Shown one piece after another: positions 40,059 through 49,691 of a stretch of 64,000 nt of DNA. The notes beneath the pieces are model-generated. The model was not told the DNA's origin and did no database searches. It saw nothing but the letters and a program-made list of their open reading frames with translations. The translations under genes and the position numbers were made by a program. This stretch comes from an uncultured bacterium (GTDB lineage Bacteria > Chloroflexota > UBA5177 > JANWHV01): positions 832,001 through 896,000 of the forward strand of contig CAWHAE010000010.1 in the NCBI GenBank assembly GCA_963827235.1, read 5' to 3'. Each line of letters opens with the position of its first letter. Position 1 is the stretch's first letter.

Positions 40059-40834
40059 CCGTCTGGGCACTCATCCCGGCCAAGGACGCAGCACGTGCGA
40101 AATCGCGCCTTGCTCGCAGTCTGTCGCCACAGGCACGCCGCACGTTTGCCCTGCGGACCCTGCGCCACGTGGTCGGCGCGGCCGTGGCGACCGGTGCAAT
40201 CGACCGCTGTGTCGTGATCAGCGCGGCGCAGGAAGTGCTGGAGGTGGCGGCCGCTGCCGGTGCCACACCGCTTCGGGAGCTGCCGCCGGCGCGCCGGCCC
40301 GCGGGTGCCGGCAGCGGCGTGGAGCAGGGGCTAAACAGCGCTCTGGCACAGGGTATACAGTTGGCCGTGGCCGGCGGAGCTTCGGCCGTGCTCTTGATGG
40401 CCGCCGACCTGCCGCTCGTCGACCCGGCAACGCTCACTACACTCGTAGACTGTCTTGGCAAGAGCGACGGCGTGGTACTGGCACCGGACCGGCACGGTCA
40501 GGGTACAAATGCACTGGTCATCCGCCCGCCGCGGGCCCTGCCGCCGGCGTTCGGCCCTGACAGCTTGCGCCGACATCGCGAACTGGCCCTGGCGCGCGGA
40601 CTGGAGGTGCGGATCTGCAGCCTCGAAGGTCTGGCGCTGGACGTGGACACCGAAGAGGACGTACGCGAGTTTGTGCGGGCCCGACGGCGCGTGGGAGACT
40701 GGGAGAGCGAGTGCCTGGAATGGTTCGGCGGCGGCTCGGAGAACTGCCTGTCGCCGTGCGCGCCGGATCGCGCGCCTCGGGCGGGCAAGCAGGGAGAGCA
40801 GGCTGGGATGGAGACGTGCGCATATGGGCGATGA
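40055..40834 (+). CDS. cofC: 2-phospho-L-lactate/PEP guanylyltransferase
   Basis: IPAK...AKSRL, GLN, ADLP, GTNAL, FGPDS..RH, DVDT. Confidence 0.93.
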   Translation: MTVWALIPAKDAARAKSRLARSLSPQARRTFALRTLRHVVGAAVATGAIDRCVVISAAQEVLEVAAAAGATPLRELPPARRPAGAGSGVEQGLNSALAQGIQLAVAGGASAVLLMAADLPLVDPATLTTLVDCLGKSDGVVLAPDRHGQGTNALVIRPPRALPPAFGPDSLRRHRELALARGLEVRICSLEGLALDVDTEEDVREFVRARRRVGDWESECLEWFGGGSENCLSPCAPDRAPRAGKQGEQAGMETCAYGR

Positions 40835-41588
40835 GCGTGGCAGCGTGCAGGTGCTGCCGGTGCGGGGACTGCCCGAGATCAAACCGGGCGATGATCTGGG
40901 GCGGCTGATCTACGACGCCCTGTTTGCAGCCGACCAGCACCCGCATGCAGGGGACATTCTGGTGGTAACGCACAAAGCTGTTGCTAAGGCGGAGCATCGC
41001 CTGGTGGACCTGCGCGACATCGAGCCCTCGCCGTTCGCGGTGCAGTTCGCACAGCGCTGGCAGAAGGACCCGCGGCAGGTGGAGGTGGTGCTACGAGAGA
41101 GCGAGCGTATCGTGCGGATGGACCACGGCGTGATAATCGCTCAGACCAGGCACGGCTTGATCTGCGCCAACGCCGGGGTGGACCGCTCCAATCTGGCCGG
41201 CGAGGAGCAGGTATGCCTGCTGCCGGCTGACCCGGATGCCTCCGCACGACGGATCGTCGAGACCTTCGGTGCGCTGGCCGGCATACAGGTGGCAGTGGTG
41301 GTGGCGGATACCTTCGGCAGAGCCTGGCGGGAAGGCCTGACCAACGTAGCAATCGGGGTAGCAGGGATGCGGGCCATCCGAAGCTACGTGGGCATGCTCG
41401 ATGCGCAGGGTCGAGCGCTGCGCGTAACCGCGCTGGCCGTGGCCGACGAGCTGGCGGGAGCGGCCGAGCTGGTCATGGGCAAGCTGGACCGCGTACCGGT
41501 GGCCTTGGTGCGCGGGTACGAGTATGAGGTGGGCGCGGGCAGCGGCCAGGAGCTCATTCGAGATCCGGCACTGGACATGTTCCGCTAG
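40824..41588 (+). CDS. cofE: Coenzyme F420-0:L-glutamate ligase
   Basis: GLPEIKPGDDL, ANAGVDRSN, DTFGRAWR, DELA, DMFR. Confidence 0.95.
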   Translation: MGDERGSVQVLPVRGLPEIKPGDDLGRLIYDALFAADQHPHAGDILVVTHKAVAKAEHRLVDLRDIEPSPFAVQFAQRWQKDPRQVEVVLRESERIVRMDHGVIIAQTRHGLICANAGVDRSNLAGEEQVCLLPADPDASARRIVETFGALAGIQVAVVVADTFGRAWREGLTNVAIGVAGMRAIRSYVGMLDAQGRALRVTALAVADELAGAAELVMGKLDRVPVALVRGYEYEVGAGSGQELIRDPALDMFR

Positions 41589-41609
41589 CAGCGGGGAAGG
41601 CAGGAAGAG

Positions 41610-42308
41610 ATGAGCGACGTGGCGGTCATCGGCGGCACGGGGCACCAGGGTTTCGGGCTGGCTTTGCGCTGGGCCCTGGCCGGCAAGAGCGTCTCAATCG
41701 GCTCCCGAGACCCCCAGCGCGCTTCCGCGGCGGCAGAGCGTCTACGCGAGACCGCCCGTGCGGCCGGGCGGGCGGCAGTGGCGGTGAGCGGGCTAGAGAA
41801 CGCGGCGGCAGCCGCCGAGGCACCGACAGTGGTGCTCGCCGTGCCCCTGGCTGCACAGATCGCTACAATCAAGGGCCTTCGCGACCACCTGCGACCGGGC
41901 ACCGTGCTGATCGACGTGACTGTACCGCTGGCCACGGCCATCGGCGGGCGAGCCTCACGGGTGCTGGGGCTGCCGGCAGGCTCGGCGGCCGAGCAAGCAG
42001 CAGAATACTCACCCGAAGGCACGCAGGTGGTCTCGGCCTTTCACGCCCTGTCCGCCGACCTGCTGGCCTCCGTAGGAGCGGACGGACCGCTGCCGCTAGA
42101 TTGCGATGTTGTGGCGTGTGGCGGCGACGCAGCGGCGCAGGAGGTGGTGCGTGAGCTGGCGCTTGCGATCGACGGCGTGCGCTATGTGCACGCCGGGCCG
42201 TTGGCGTGCTCGCGGCTGGTGGAGTCGGCGGCGGCACTGCTGATCGCCATCAACGTGCGCCACAAGGTCCGCCATGCCGGCATGCGCATAACCGGCGTTG
42301 CCGGCTGA
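41610..42308 (+). CDS. npdG: NADPH-dependent F420 reductase
   Basis: GGTGHQGFGLA, IGSR, GSAAE, SAFH, LLIAIN. Confidence 0.93.
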   Translation: MSDVAVIGGTGHQGFGLALRWALAGKSVSIGSRDPQRASAAAERLRETARAAGRAAVAVSGLENAAAAAEAPTVVLAVPLAAQIATIKGLRDHLRPGTVLIDVTVPLATAIGGRASRVLGLPAGSAAEQAAEYSPEGTQVVSAFHALSADLLASVGADGPLPLDCDVVACGGDAAAQEVVRELALAIDGVRYVHAGPLACSRLVESAAALLIAINVRHKVRHAGMRITGVAG

Positions 42309-42388
42309 GGCGCGCCGGCCGGCAAACGGTAGCCTCCGGCTGCGGCGAGGAAGGGCGGTACAGTGACGCCGCCAACGGCGCCCGGAAC

Positions 42389-43000
42389 CTACAAGCCTTG
42401 GCGGGCAGCGGACGCAATGGCATGCTCAGAAGCAGAGATGGGCGCTGCATCGTACTTTGTCGCAGCCAGTATTGAGCCAAGGTGAGCGCTTGTGATTCGC
42501 ACCAACTCATCAGACCGCAGGCGCACGATCCAGCCCGGATCGCCCGTCGGGGCAACTACCATCTCGCGCAGAGCGATCTCCGACGCCACGACGGTCGGGA
42601 GGCCGGAAAGGAACGGCACTTCCCACCAGGCGAGCGTTCGCGTCGTGGGCTGCACACGCCAGCCATACCGCCGCTGCAGCCAGGCTCTGGTCTGCTGCGC
42701 GCCGAGGATGTGCACACGGCGTGCGCCGAGTACGTCCGCCACGCCAGTAGAGGACAGTCGGCCACCGCTGGGCACGAGGGCCAGGGCAAAGTCGCGATCC
42801 ACGGCCAGTAGCAGAGGCTGTATCGCATCCGAGCGCGCCAACCCCACGTCTGCAGCCACGTCATCGATGCGATCGAACTCCCGCTTTACCGGCATGATGC
42901 GGCGCCTCGCGCCGAGCTCGTTCAGCGCGGCGCGCACCAGGTCAATCGGCGCGGTCGCGTCGGCGTCGCCTTTTCGCTGCCGTCCAGGGGAATGTGCCAT
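42389..43000 (-). CDS. YbaK/ProXp-like aminoacyl-tRNA editing domain protein (divergent)
   Basis: LLL..D.DFALALVP..GRL, VPF, VVAPTG..GW.VRL pattern; moderate similarity. Confidence 0.6.
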   Translation of the reverse strand: MAHSPGRQRKGDADATAPIDLVRAALNELGARRRIMPVKREFDRIDDVAADVGLARSDAIQPLLLAVDRDFALALVPSGGRLSSTGVADVLGARRVHILGAQQTRAWLQRRYGWRVQPTTRTLAWWEVPFLSGLPTVVASEIALREMVVAPTGDPGWIVRLRSDELVRITSAHLGSILAATKYDAAPISASEHAIASAARQGL

Positions 43001-43096
43001 GCGTGGTAGTGTACCTGACGCCATCCATAGCAGGTCTTCAGCCAGGACGCAAGATCGCCATTTTGGCCAAAGACAAGGACTTGGCGACATGCTACA

Positions 43097-46000
43097 GTGC
43101 GTGTCGGTAGACTATCCACTACGAAAAGGGTACAGACAAGAGTGCAGTATGATGCAGCGCTCCAGCCCCCTGGTGAGGGCTGGCTACTGGACTCGGTATT
43201 GGTTGGGGCGCTGCGGCGACTCGACTCGGATACAAGTGCGACTGGCGCTCGAGCCGGTTCACCGGAGGACAATGAGCGCGTGGCCGTAAGCGAATTGCCC
43301 GATCTCGCCAGCATCGTGCGACAGGTCGCCGCAGCGGTGAACGGCGAAGAGTCGCTCGCGTTGCTGGCTGCTGCCATGCAGTCCAGCAGTGGCGCCACGG
43401 CGATCGAGATACGAGAGAGAAACGGCGTATTGCACGCTTGCGCGGGCACCTGGCCGGAACGAGTGGAGCCGACCGACACCACTCTGCACCTACCGTTGCA
43501 CCGTGGCACGGCGACAGTGGGCTTCGTTCGACTCCTCACCGTCGACGCCGAGCTGACGCTAACCAGCAATCCCGCCCTGGCAACACTGCTCGACCTGGCC
43601 GCTATGGCGATCGAGCCGTTGGCCGCTGATGCACCCGGCATAGCGCCAAGCAGTTCGCATGCCGGTGAGAGCATTGCTGCGTTCGATTCGGCGAGCGTCG
43701 AATCGGCGGTGTTCGACTTTGTAAGCGAGCTCGTGTGCACCATGTCCGGCGCCGACTTTGCCTTTAGCTCGTACAGGTTTGCCGGCGACCCATGTATGCG
43801 CTACGGAGCGCACGGTATGCGATCGCTGGAATGGCGGGGCCTGCTGACTCGAGCAGACGGTAGCCTGAACGACCGTGCGCTCGCCGGCATGGAGGCGATC
43901 GTGATTGGCGCCGCCAACCTCGACGCACGTGCGTTGCCCGGCGAGGTAAGCCGACGCTACGTCGAGGGCGCCCAGAGCCTGGTCTGTGTGCCGGCAGGTG
44001 AAGCCGGCGACGAGCTCGTCGTCACAGCCGGCTGGCGGCGGACCGTGCGGGTCGAAGGCTACCGCCTGGACAGCATTCAGCAAATAGTCGACCGCTTCTC
44101 GTGCCTGTTGCACGGAGATGCCGGAAGACATGTGCTGAGCCGTCTGGACTCCGCCGTGGAAACCTCGGGAGCCTCGATGGAGCTCGACGCCCTGTGCGCT
44201 GCGATTCTCGAACAGGCAGCCAACGACCTTGCAGTGGATCATTGCGCCGTTCTGCTTGCCGATGATCGTAACGGCGGCCTGACACCACTTGCCAGACGCG
44301 GGCTGCCTCACGCCTTCTTCAGGGGTTTCGCCGCGGTCATGCCGGGTCCGCAATCCGACACGAGCAGAGCCGCGTTTGCTCTTGGACGCACGGTCGTGAC
44401 GCCGGACATCATGGAGGACGAGGGCTGGGCGCCTTATCGCGAGCTCGCGGCACCGCTCGGCCTGCGCGCCGCCTGGTCGGCGCCGATTGTCGGCTACGGC
44501 ACGTGTGCGGTCGGCGCACTGACGGCCTACGTCGCTCAGAGCGGACCGCCTTCGGATTGGCAGCAGGCGCTGCTCGAGGTGTACGCATCCATCGTCGCGC
44601 GCGCATACGACCAATCTCGCCAGGCCCGACGTGCCCAGAGCACGAGCGATCCGGCTGCCGTGATGGGTGCGCAGCTCAGCAGTATCGTCGGCCAGCTGCC
44701 GTGTGGGCTGATTGTGCTCGACGAACATCACCGCGTCGTGTTCAGGAATGACACGGCCATGGCCGTCTGTCATGAGCTGGGATTCGAGCTCGATAAAGAT
44801 GACTTGAGCAACGCCTCGCTTTACCTGAATAACCCGAATCACGAGCTCGGCAAGCTGGAGCATTGGCAGTCGCCGGTCGGGCGCGCGTTACGCGGCGAAT
44901 CGGTCCCGAGCTGCGAGATGCATCTCGAGGCTGCCGATAGCGGGCACTCCGACAAGAGCGTCATGGTATCGGCGGCGCCACTGCGCGATGAGAGTGGGCG
45001 CATCGTCGGCGCCGCGGTCATGCTGAGCGATACGCGGAAGGAGCGGAATCTCGCCGACGGCCTGGCTACCGTCGAGGCGCAACTCCGGGCCATTCAGGCT
45101 GCCACACCATATGGCGTTGCCCTGTACGACGCCCGAGGCGAGCAGATCTGGGCAACCGACGCGACAGAGCAGTTCGCGCACTGCAGTCTCGATGTGCCGG
45201 CGGACTCGACCGACGACACGATGCTGGACCTGGCCGATGAGCACGGACACCCGCTCAGGGTAGCCGATCTTCCGATCATGCAGGTCCTGCGTACCGGACA
45301 GCCGGTGCGGCGAAGGATCGTTCAGTCGCGCGGCCCGGACGGCAGAGGACGCTGGCTACAGCTTGATGCCGCGGCAGTCGAGGCCGATGATAGCAGCCCC
45401 CGGCGATTCGTAGTCAGCGCCCTGGACATCACGGAGCACAAACAAACTGAGCTCGCCCTCTCGCACCAGGCTATGTACGACGCCTTAACTGGCCTGCCCA
45501 ACCGCACCTGGTTCAACGTGCGGCTGGAAGAAGCAATCACCCAGCTGAACGAGCTGGGTTCTGCCGCTTTGTTGGTGCTCGATATCGACCGATTCCGCGA
45601 GGTCAACGACACGCTCGGTCACGCCAACGGCGACATTCTCGTTCAGCTCTTCGCCAAGCGGCTGGTAGGTGCCGTCGGGCTCAATGGATTTGTCGGCAGG
45701 CTCGGCGGGGATGAGTTCGGCATCCTGATTGAGCGCGCCTCGGTCGTCGACGCCACCAGCATGGCCCGTCGGATCCTGCATCAGCTCGAACACCCGTTCG
45801 AGATAGCCGGTCAGACTCTTGACGTCGACGCCAGTATCGGGGTGGCGCTCTGCCCCGATCACGGCACGGATATCAACGCGCTGCTCCGACGGGCAGATAT
45901 CGCCATGTACGTAGCCAAGCACTCGCACGACGGCTTCGCCGTGTATACGGCCAGACTGGATCTGCACAGTCCTGACCGCCTCTCTCTGCTTGGCGAGCTT

Positions 46001-46741
46001 CGTCGCTCAATCGAACAGGGCCATCTCTTCCTCGCCTATCAACCCCTGATCAGGATTTCGGACCAGAAACTAATCGGCATGGAGGCGCTCGTACGCTGGC
46101 AGCATCCGGTCCATGGCCTGATCTATCCCGATGGATTCATCAGTCTTGCGGAGGGTACTGGGGCGATCAAGCCTCTGACGATCTGGGTGCTTAACGAGGC
46201 CCTACGCCAGTGCGGTGAGTGGCGCAGCCACGGCTACGACCTCCAGGTTTCGGTCAATCTGTCGGCGCGCAGCCTGCACGACGTGACCCTGGCGTCGTCG
46301 GTGCTCGACTCGTTGCTAAGGTTTCACGTGCCGCCCGACCGGCTCACGATAGAGATCACCGAGAGCGCGATCATGTCGGATCCGAGCAGCGCCATGATCG
46401 TGTTGAGCCGGCTGAGCAACATGGGAGTTCACCTGGCGATAGACGATTTCGGCACCGGCTATTCGTCGCTGGCATACTTGCAGAGACTGCCCACTCGCAA
46501 CATCAAGATCGACAAGTCCTTCGTGCTGCGCCTGTGCGAGAACGCAAACGACGCCGCGATCGTGAGAGCGATCATCGAGCTTGGCCATAGCCTCGGCCAC
46601 TCTGTGCTTGCCGAGGGAGTGGAGCACGAGTCGGTACTTGAGCTTCTCTCGCGGCTGGGTTGCGACTTTGCCCAAGGCTACTACTTCAGCAAGCCGCTCC
46701 CGGCGTCCGAGATTGAAGACTGGATACGCAAGCGGCTGTAA
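43097..46741 (+). CDS. GAF/PAS-containing diguanylate cyclase/phosphodiesterase (GGDEF-EAL); true start probably downstream
   Basis: DALTGLPNR, GGDEF, EALVRW, DDFGTGYSS, AEGVE. Confidence 0.95.
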   Translation: MRVGRLSTTKRVQTRVQYDAALQPPGEGWLLDSVLVGALRRLDSDTSATGARAGSPEDNERVAVSELPDLASIVRQVAAAVNGEESLALLAAAMQSSSGATAIEIRERNGVLHACAGTWPERVEPTDTTLHLPLHRGTATVGFVRLLTVDAELTLTSNPALATLLDLAAMAIEPLAADAPGIAPSSSHAGESIAAFDSASVESAVFDFVSELVCTMSGADFAFSSYRFAGDPCMRYGAHGMRSLEWRGLLTRADGSLNDRALAGMEAIVIGAANLDARALPGEVSRRYVEGAQSLVCVPAGEAGDELVVTAGWRRTVRVEGYRLDSIQQIVDRFSCLLHGDAGRHVLSRLDSAVETSGASMELDALCAAILEQAANDLAVDHCAVLLADDRNGGLTPLARRGLPHAFFRGFAAVMPGPQSDTSRAAFALGRTVVTPDIMEDEGWAPYRELAAPLGLRAAWSAPIVGYGTCAVGALTAYVAQSGPPSDWQQALLEVYASIVARAYDQSRQARRAQSTSDPAAVMGAQLSSIVGQLPCGLIVLDEHHRVVFRNDTAMAVCHELGFELDKDDLSNASLYLNNPNHELGKLEHWQSPVGRALRGESVPSCEMHLEAADSGHSDKSVMVSAAPLRDESGRIVGAAVMLSDTRKERNLADGLATVEAQLRAIQAATPYGVALYDARGEQIWATDATEQFAHCSLDVPADSTDDTMLDLADEHGHPLRVADLPIMQVLRTGQPVRRRIVQSRGPDGRGRWLQLDAAAVEADDSSPRRFVVSALDITEHKQTELALSHQAMYDALTGLPNRTWFNVRLEEAITQLNELGSAALLVLDIDRFREVNDTLGHANGDILVQLFAKRLVGAVGLNGFVGRLGGDEFGILIERASVVDATSMARRILHQLEHPFEIAGQTLDVDASIGVALCPDHGTDINALLRRADIAMYVAKHSHDGFAVYTARLDLHSPDRLSLLGELRRSIEQGHLFLAYQPLIRISDQKLIGMEALVRWQHPVHGLIYPDGFISLAEGTGAIKPLTIWVLNEALRQCGEWRSHGYDLQVSVNLSARSLHDVTLASSVLDSLLRFHVPPDRLTIEITESAIMSDPSSAMIVLSRLSNMGVHLAIDDFGTGYSSLAYLQRLPTRNIKIDKSFVLRLCENANDAAIVRAIIELGHSLGHSVLAEGVEHESVLELLSRLGCDFAQGYYFSKPLPASEIEDWIRKRL

Positions 46742-46816
46742 GTTGGTGGCCGCGGCGCCGAGCCCGGCCCGAGTCGACTTGCCAAGAGTGGGTTCGGTCG
46801 GTTACGTTGATGGTGG

Positions 46817-46954
46817 AGTCTTCAGGGCAGGGTGCAACTCCCTACCGGCGGTAAGGCCGAGAGGCCGAGCCCGCGAGCGGCGCGCAGTTTTCTTGTGTGC
46901 CTGCAGATCCGGTGAGATACCGGAGCCGACGGTAAAGTCCGGATGGAAGAAGGC
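46817..46954 (+). promoter_or_regulatory. FMN riboswitch (RFN element)
   Basis: CTTCAGGGCAGGGTGCAACTCCCTACCGGCGGT...AGCCCGCGAG...AGATCCGGTG..A..CCGGAGCCGACGGTAAAGTCCGGATGGAAGAAG. Confidence 0.96.
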
Positions 46955-47021
46955 GACCAACGTCATGGAGCGGCATCAACGTCGAGATCGTTCCGTGTTG
47001 CATCGCACCACACCATCACAC

Positions 47022-47054
47022 GCCCGAAGGCTTGAGCCTTCGGGTTTTTCTTTT
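47022..47054 (+). terminator. Intrinsic terminator of the FMN riboswitch expression platform
   Basis: GCCCGAAGGCT-TG-AGCCTTCGGGT followed by TTTTCTTTT. Confidence 0.9.
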
Positions 47055-47082
47055 GGGCATGCAGACTTGGAGCGTAGCTGGG

Positions 47083-47913
47083 ATGGCAGCATCTCCGCAG
47101 GAACGACGAATGAACTGGCGTTTCGCCGTCGACACGCCTCGCGCATCGCGACTACATGTGCCGCGCTGGCTGGATGCCGGCCTGCCGTCGATCGTGGCGA
47201 TTCTGTTGGTAATCGGGATCTGGGAGGTCCTCACGGCCACCGGCTGGGCAAGTCAGTATGTACTGCCTGCCCCCGCGATCGTGCTGGCCAATCTCTGGGA
47301 GATACTTGGTGACGGCACCGTAGCGACAAACACGGCGGCCACCGTGCAGGAGGCCGGACTTGGCCTCTTGATCGGGGCGGCAGTCGCGTTGCCGTGCGGA
47401 TACGTGGTTGCGCACGCTCGGGTACTTGAGCGGTTCATAGCACCGTTGATCGCGGCAAGCCAGGCAGTGCCAGCCGTGGCAGTCACGCCTCTGCTGGTCA
47501 CAAGTCTCGGCAACGGCGTCGAGCTGAAAGTCGTCGTCTGCGCCGTGGTCGTCGTCTTTCCTCTCATCGTAAATGCCGTGACCGCCTTCCGAGGTGTGCC
47601 GCGGGAGTATCTCGAGGTTGCTCGCGTATTTGGTGTTCCCCGGCTGGAAACAATCGCCAGAGTTGAGGTCCCGCTCGCGGCACCCGTGCTGCTGGCCGGG
47701 ATCAAGCTCGGGGTGACGTTGTCCCTCACCGGCGCGATCGTGGGAGAGTTCGTGGCCTCCGATCAGGGGCTGGGATTCCTTCTGAACTTTTACAACAACA
47801 ATCAGTTGCAGCCGTACGCTTTCGCGACGCTTGTCGTGCTCATGGTGATCGGCATCGCCGCGTACTCGTTTGTCAGCTTTCTTGAAGGGAAGGTAGCCGA
47901 GTGGCAAGGTTAG
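47083..47913 (+). CDS. ribX: ABC permease, riboflavin transporter
   Basis: NitT/TauT-type permease (LPAP, GAIVGEF, GLG) directly behind the FMN riboswitch. Confidence 0.8.
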   Translation: MAASPQERRMNWRFAVDTPRASRLHVPRWLDAGLPSIVAILLVIGIWEVLTATGWASQYVLPAPAIVLANLWEILGDGTVATNTAATVQEAGLGLLIGAAVALPCGYVVAHARVLERFIAPLIAASQAVPAVAVTPLLVTSLGNGVELKVVVCAVVVVFPLIVNAVTAFRGVPREYLEVARVFGVPRLETIARVEVPLAAPVLLAGIKLGVTLSLTGAIVGEFVASDQGLGFLLNFYNNNQLQPYAFATLVVLMVIGIAAYSFVSFLEGKVAEWQG

Positions 47914-48911
47914 GTCTCAGGTGGATTGCCGCGATGGCGGTGGCTACACTGCTTCTGCAAGCGGGGAACGGCGGCGCCCGAGTTGTTCCAGCGCACGCGG
48001 CCTCCCTGCAGCAGGTCACGATCTCCATGGGCTACGTGCCGGACATCCAGTTTTCTCCCTTCTACGTGGCAGTCGCCAAAGGATACTACTCTGCTGCCGG
48101 CATCAGTGTGGATTTCAACTACACTCAGACGTCGGATGTGATCACGCTCGTCGGCGCGGGCAACGTCACCTTCGGCGACGCGGAGCCCGACCAGGTCATC
48201 GTGGGCGCGGCGCATAAGCTCCCCATCGTATCGGTGCTCACACAGTATGCGCGGTTCCCCGTTGTCATCGTCTCACTCGCCGGAAGCAACATTCGAAGCT
48301 TCGCGGACCTCAAGGGGAAGAGAATCGGCATTCCCGCGCTCTACGGAGCGTCGTACTTCGGACTGTTGGCGGCACTCCAGGCAGCTCATCTGAGCGTCAA
48401 GGATGTCAAGCTCAGCGCTATCGGGTACGCTCAAGTCGCGGAGGTAGCGCGGCATCAGGTGGACGCCGCAGTGGCATATGCAATGAACGAGCCTATCCAG
48501 CTCGAGCAGGAAGGCTTGAAGGTCAACGTGCTGCCGATCACTACAGAAGTGCCTCTGAGCGGACCGGGCGTGATCACCAGCCAAAAGCTGGTCGCGCAGG
48601 ATCCGGCGCTGGTGAAGCGATTTGTGCAGGCGACGTGGCAGGGTTTGCGCGATACCGACGCCGATCCTGCCGCGGCGCTGAAACTCTCACGCAGCTTCCT
48701 TAAGGCCATTCCGCAGTCTCAGCTCGGCGCACAACTGGCCAAGCTCAAGGCGGCCGTGGCTTATTGGTCTCCGCCCAAGGGCGGTGGGTTGGGGTGCGCG
48801 GATCCTGCGTCGTGGCAGGCCACAGAGAGCATGCTGCTGCAGCAACACCAGATCCCTTCACGGGTGGACGTCGCACCGCTCTACACGAATCGTTTCCTGG
48901 AGCACTGCTAA
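47901..48911 (+). CDS. ribY: ABC substrate-binding protein, riboflavin (NMT1/THI5-like)
   Basis: MGYVPDIQFSPFYVA, DLKGKRIGIP..YGASY, NEPIQL; riboswitch context. Confidence 0.82.
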   Translation: MARLGLRWIAAMAVATLLLQAGNGGARVVPAHAASLQQVTISMGYVPDIQFSPFYVAVAKGYYSAAGISVDFNYTQTSDVITLVGAGNVTFGDAEPDQVIVGAAHKLPIVSVLTQYARFPVVIVSLAGSNIRSFADLKGKRIGIPALYGASYFGLLAALQAAHLSVKDVKLSAIGYAQVAEVARHQVDAAVAYAMNEPIQLEQEGLKVNVLPITTEVPLSGPGVITSQKLVAQDPALVKRFVQATWQGLRDTDADPAAALKLSRSFLKAIPQSQLGAQLAKLKAAVAYWSPPKGGGLGCADPASWQATESMLLQQHQIPSRVDVAPLYTNRFLEHC

Positions 48912-49316
48912 ATGATCAAGAGGTTTGACCACATAGGAATCGCCACCACGTCACTCGAATCCAGCGTGGCGCTGTATCAGGACGTTCTCGGCCTGGACGT
49001 CACATCTCGCGAAGTCGTCGCCGACCAAGGCGTGGAGGTTCTGGCGTTCCAGTGTGACGGCGCTGAGGTCGAGCTGCTTCATCCAACGCGCGACGACTGT
49101 GCCGTCGCCAAGTTTCTGAGCGAGCGCGGAGCCGGCGTACATCACGTCGCATACAGGGTTAGCGATATACGCGCTGCGCTTGCGCGCGCGAGAGACGCCG
49201 GGCTCGAGCTGGTGGATGAGAAGCCGCGCGTGGGCGCCGGCGGGCACCTAGTGGCATTTCTCCACCCTCGATCGACGGGCCGCGTGCTGATCGAGCTGGT
49301 AGAGCGCAGGAGCTAG
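48912..49316 (+). CDS. mce: Methylmalonyl-CoA epimerase (VOC fold)
   Basis: DHIGIA, QGV, VELL, GVHHVAY, AFLHP.STG.VLIEL. Confidence 0.9.
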   Translation: MIKRFDHIGIATTSLESSVALYQDVLGLDVTSREVVADQGVEVLAFQCDGAEVELLHPTRDDCAVAKFLSERGAGVHHVAYRVSDIRAALARARDAGLELVDEKPRVGAGGHLVAFLHPRSTGRVLIELVERRS

Positions 49317-49320
49317 CATC

Positions 49321-49349
49321 TTGCCCGGCGCGGCACCCTATGCTATAGT
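49321..49349 (+). promoter_or_regulatory. sigma70 promoter of tRNA-Val
   Basis: TTGCCC-N17-TATAGT with TG extension. Confidence 0.7.
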
Positions 49350-49365
49350 CACATCGTCATGGCAA

Positions 49366-49439
<74 letters not shown>

Positions 49440-49455
49440 CCGCAGCAGGACGTCT

Positions 49456-49482
49456 GAGCCGCCGCAGATGGCGGCTCTTTGT
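49456..49482 (+). terminator. Intrinsic terminator after tRNA-Val
   Basis: GAGCCGCC-N6-GGCGGCTC followed by TTTGT. Confidence 0.8.
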
Positions 49483-49691
49483 GTTCATCTGTGCTCAGGC
49501 GTGGGAAGCACCCTCTGGACGGCGACTCGAAAGGGTGGTTTGACTTGCAGAGCGGTGGAGGCGTCCCAGAAGGCTGGCACCGCAGATCTGCCCCTCAATG
49601 ATTATGCGCCGTGCGCTTCGCAGAGGCGCTGCGTCAATGCGCGTGAACTGTCTGATCAGAAGATGCAAGCAGACTGGCCGGTAACGTACCA

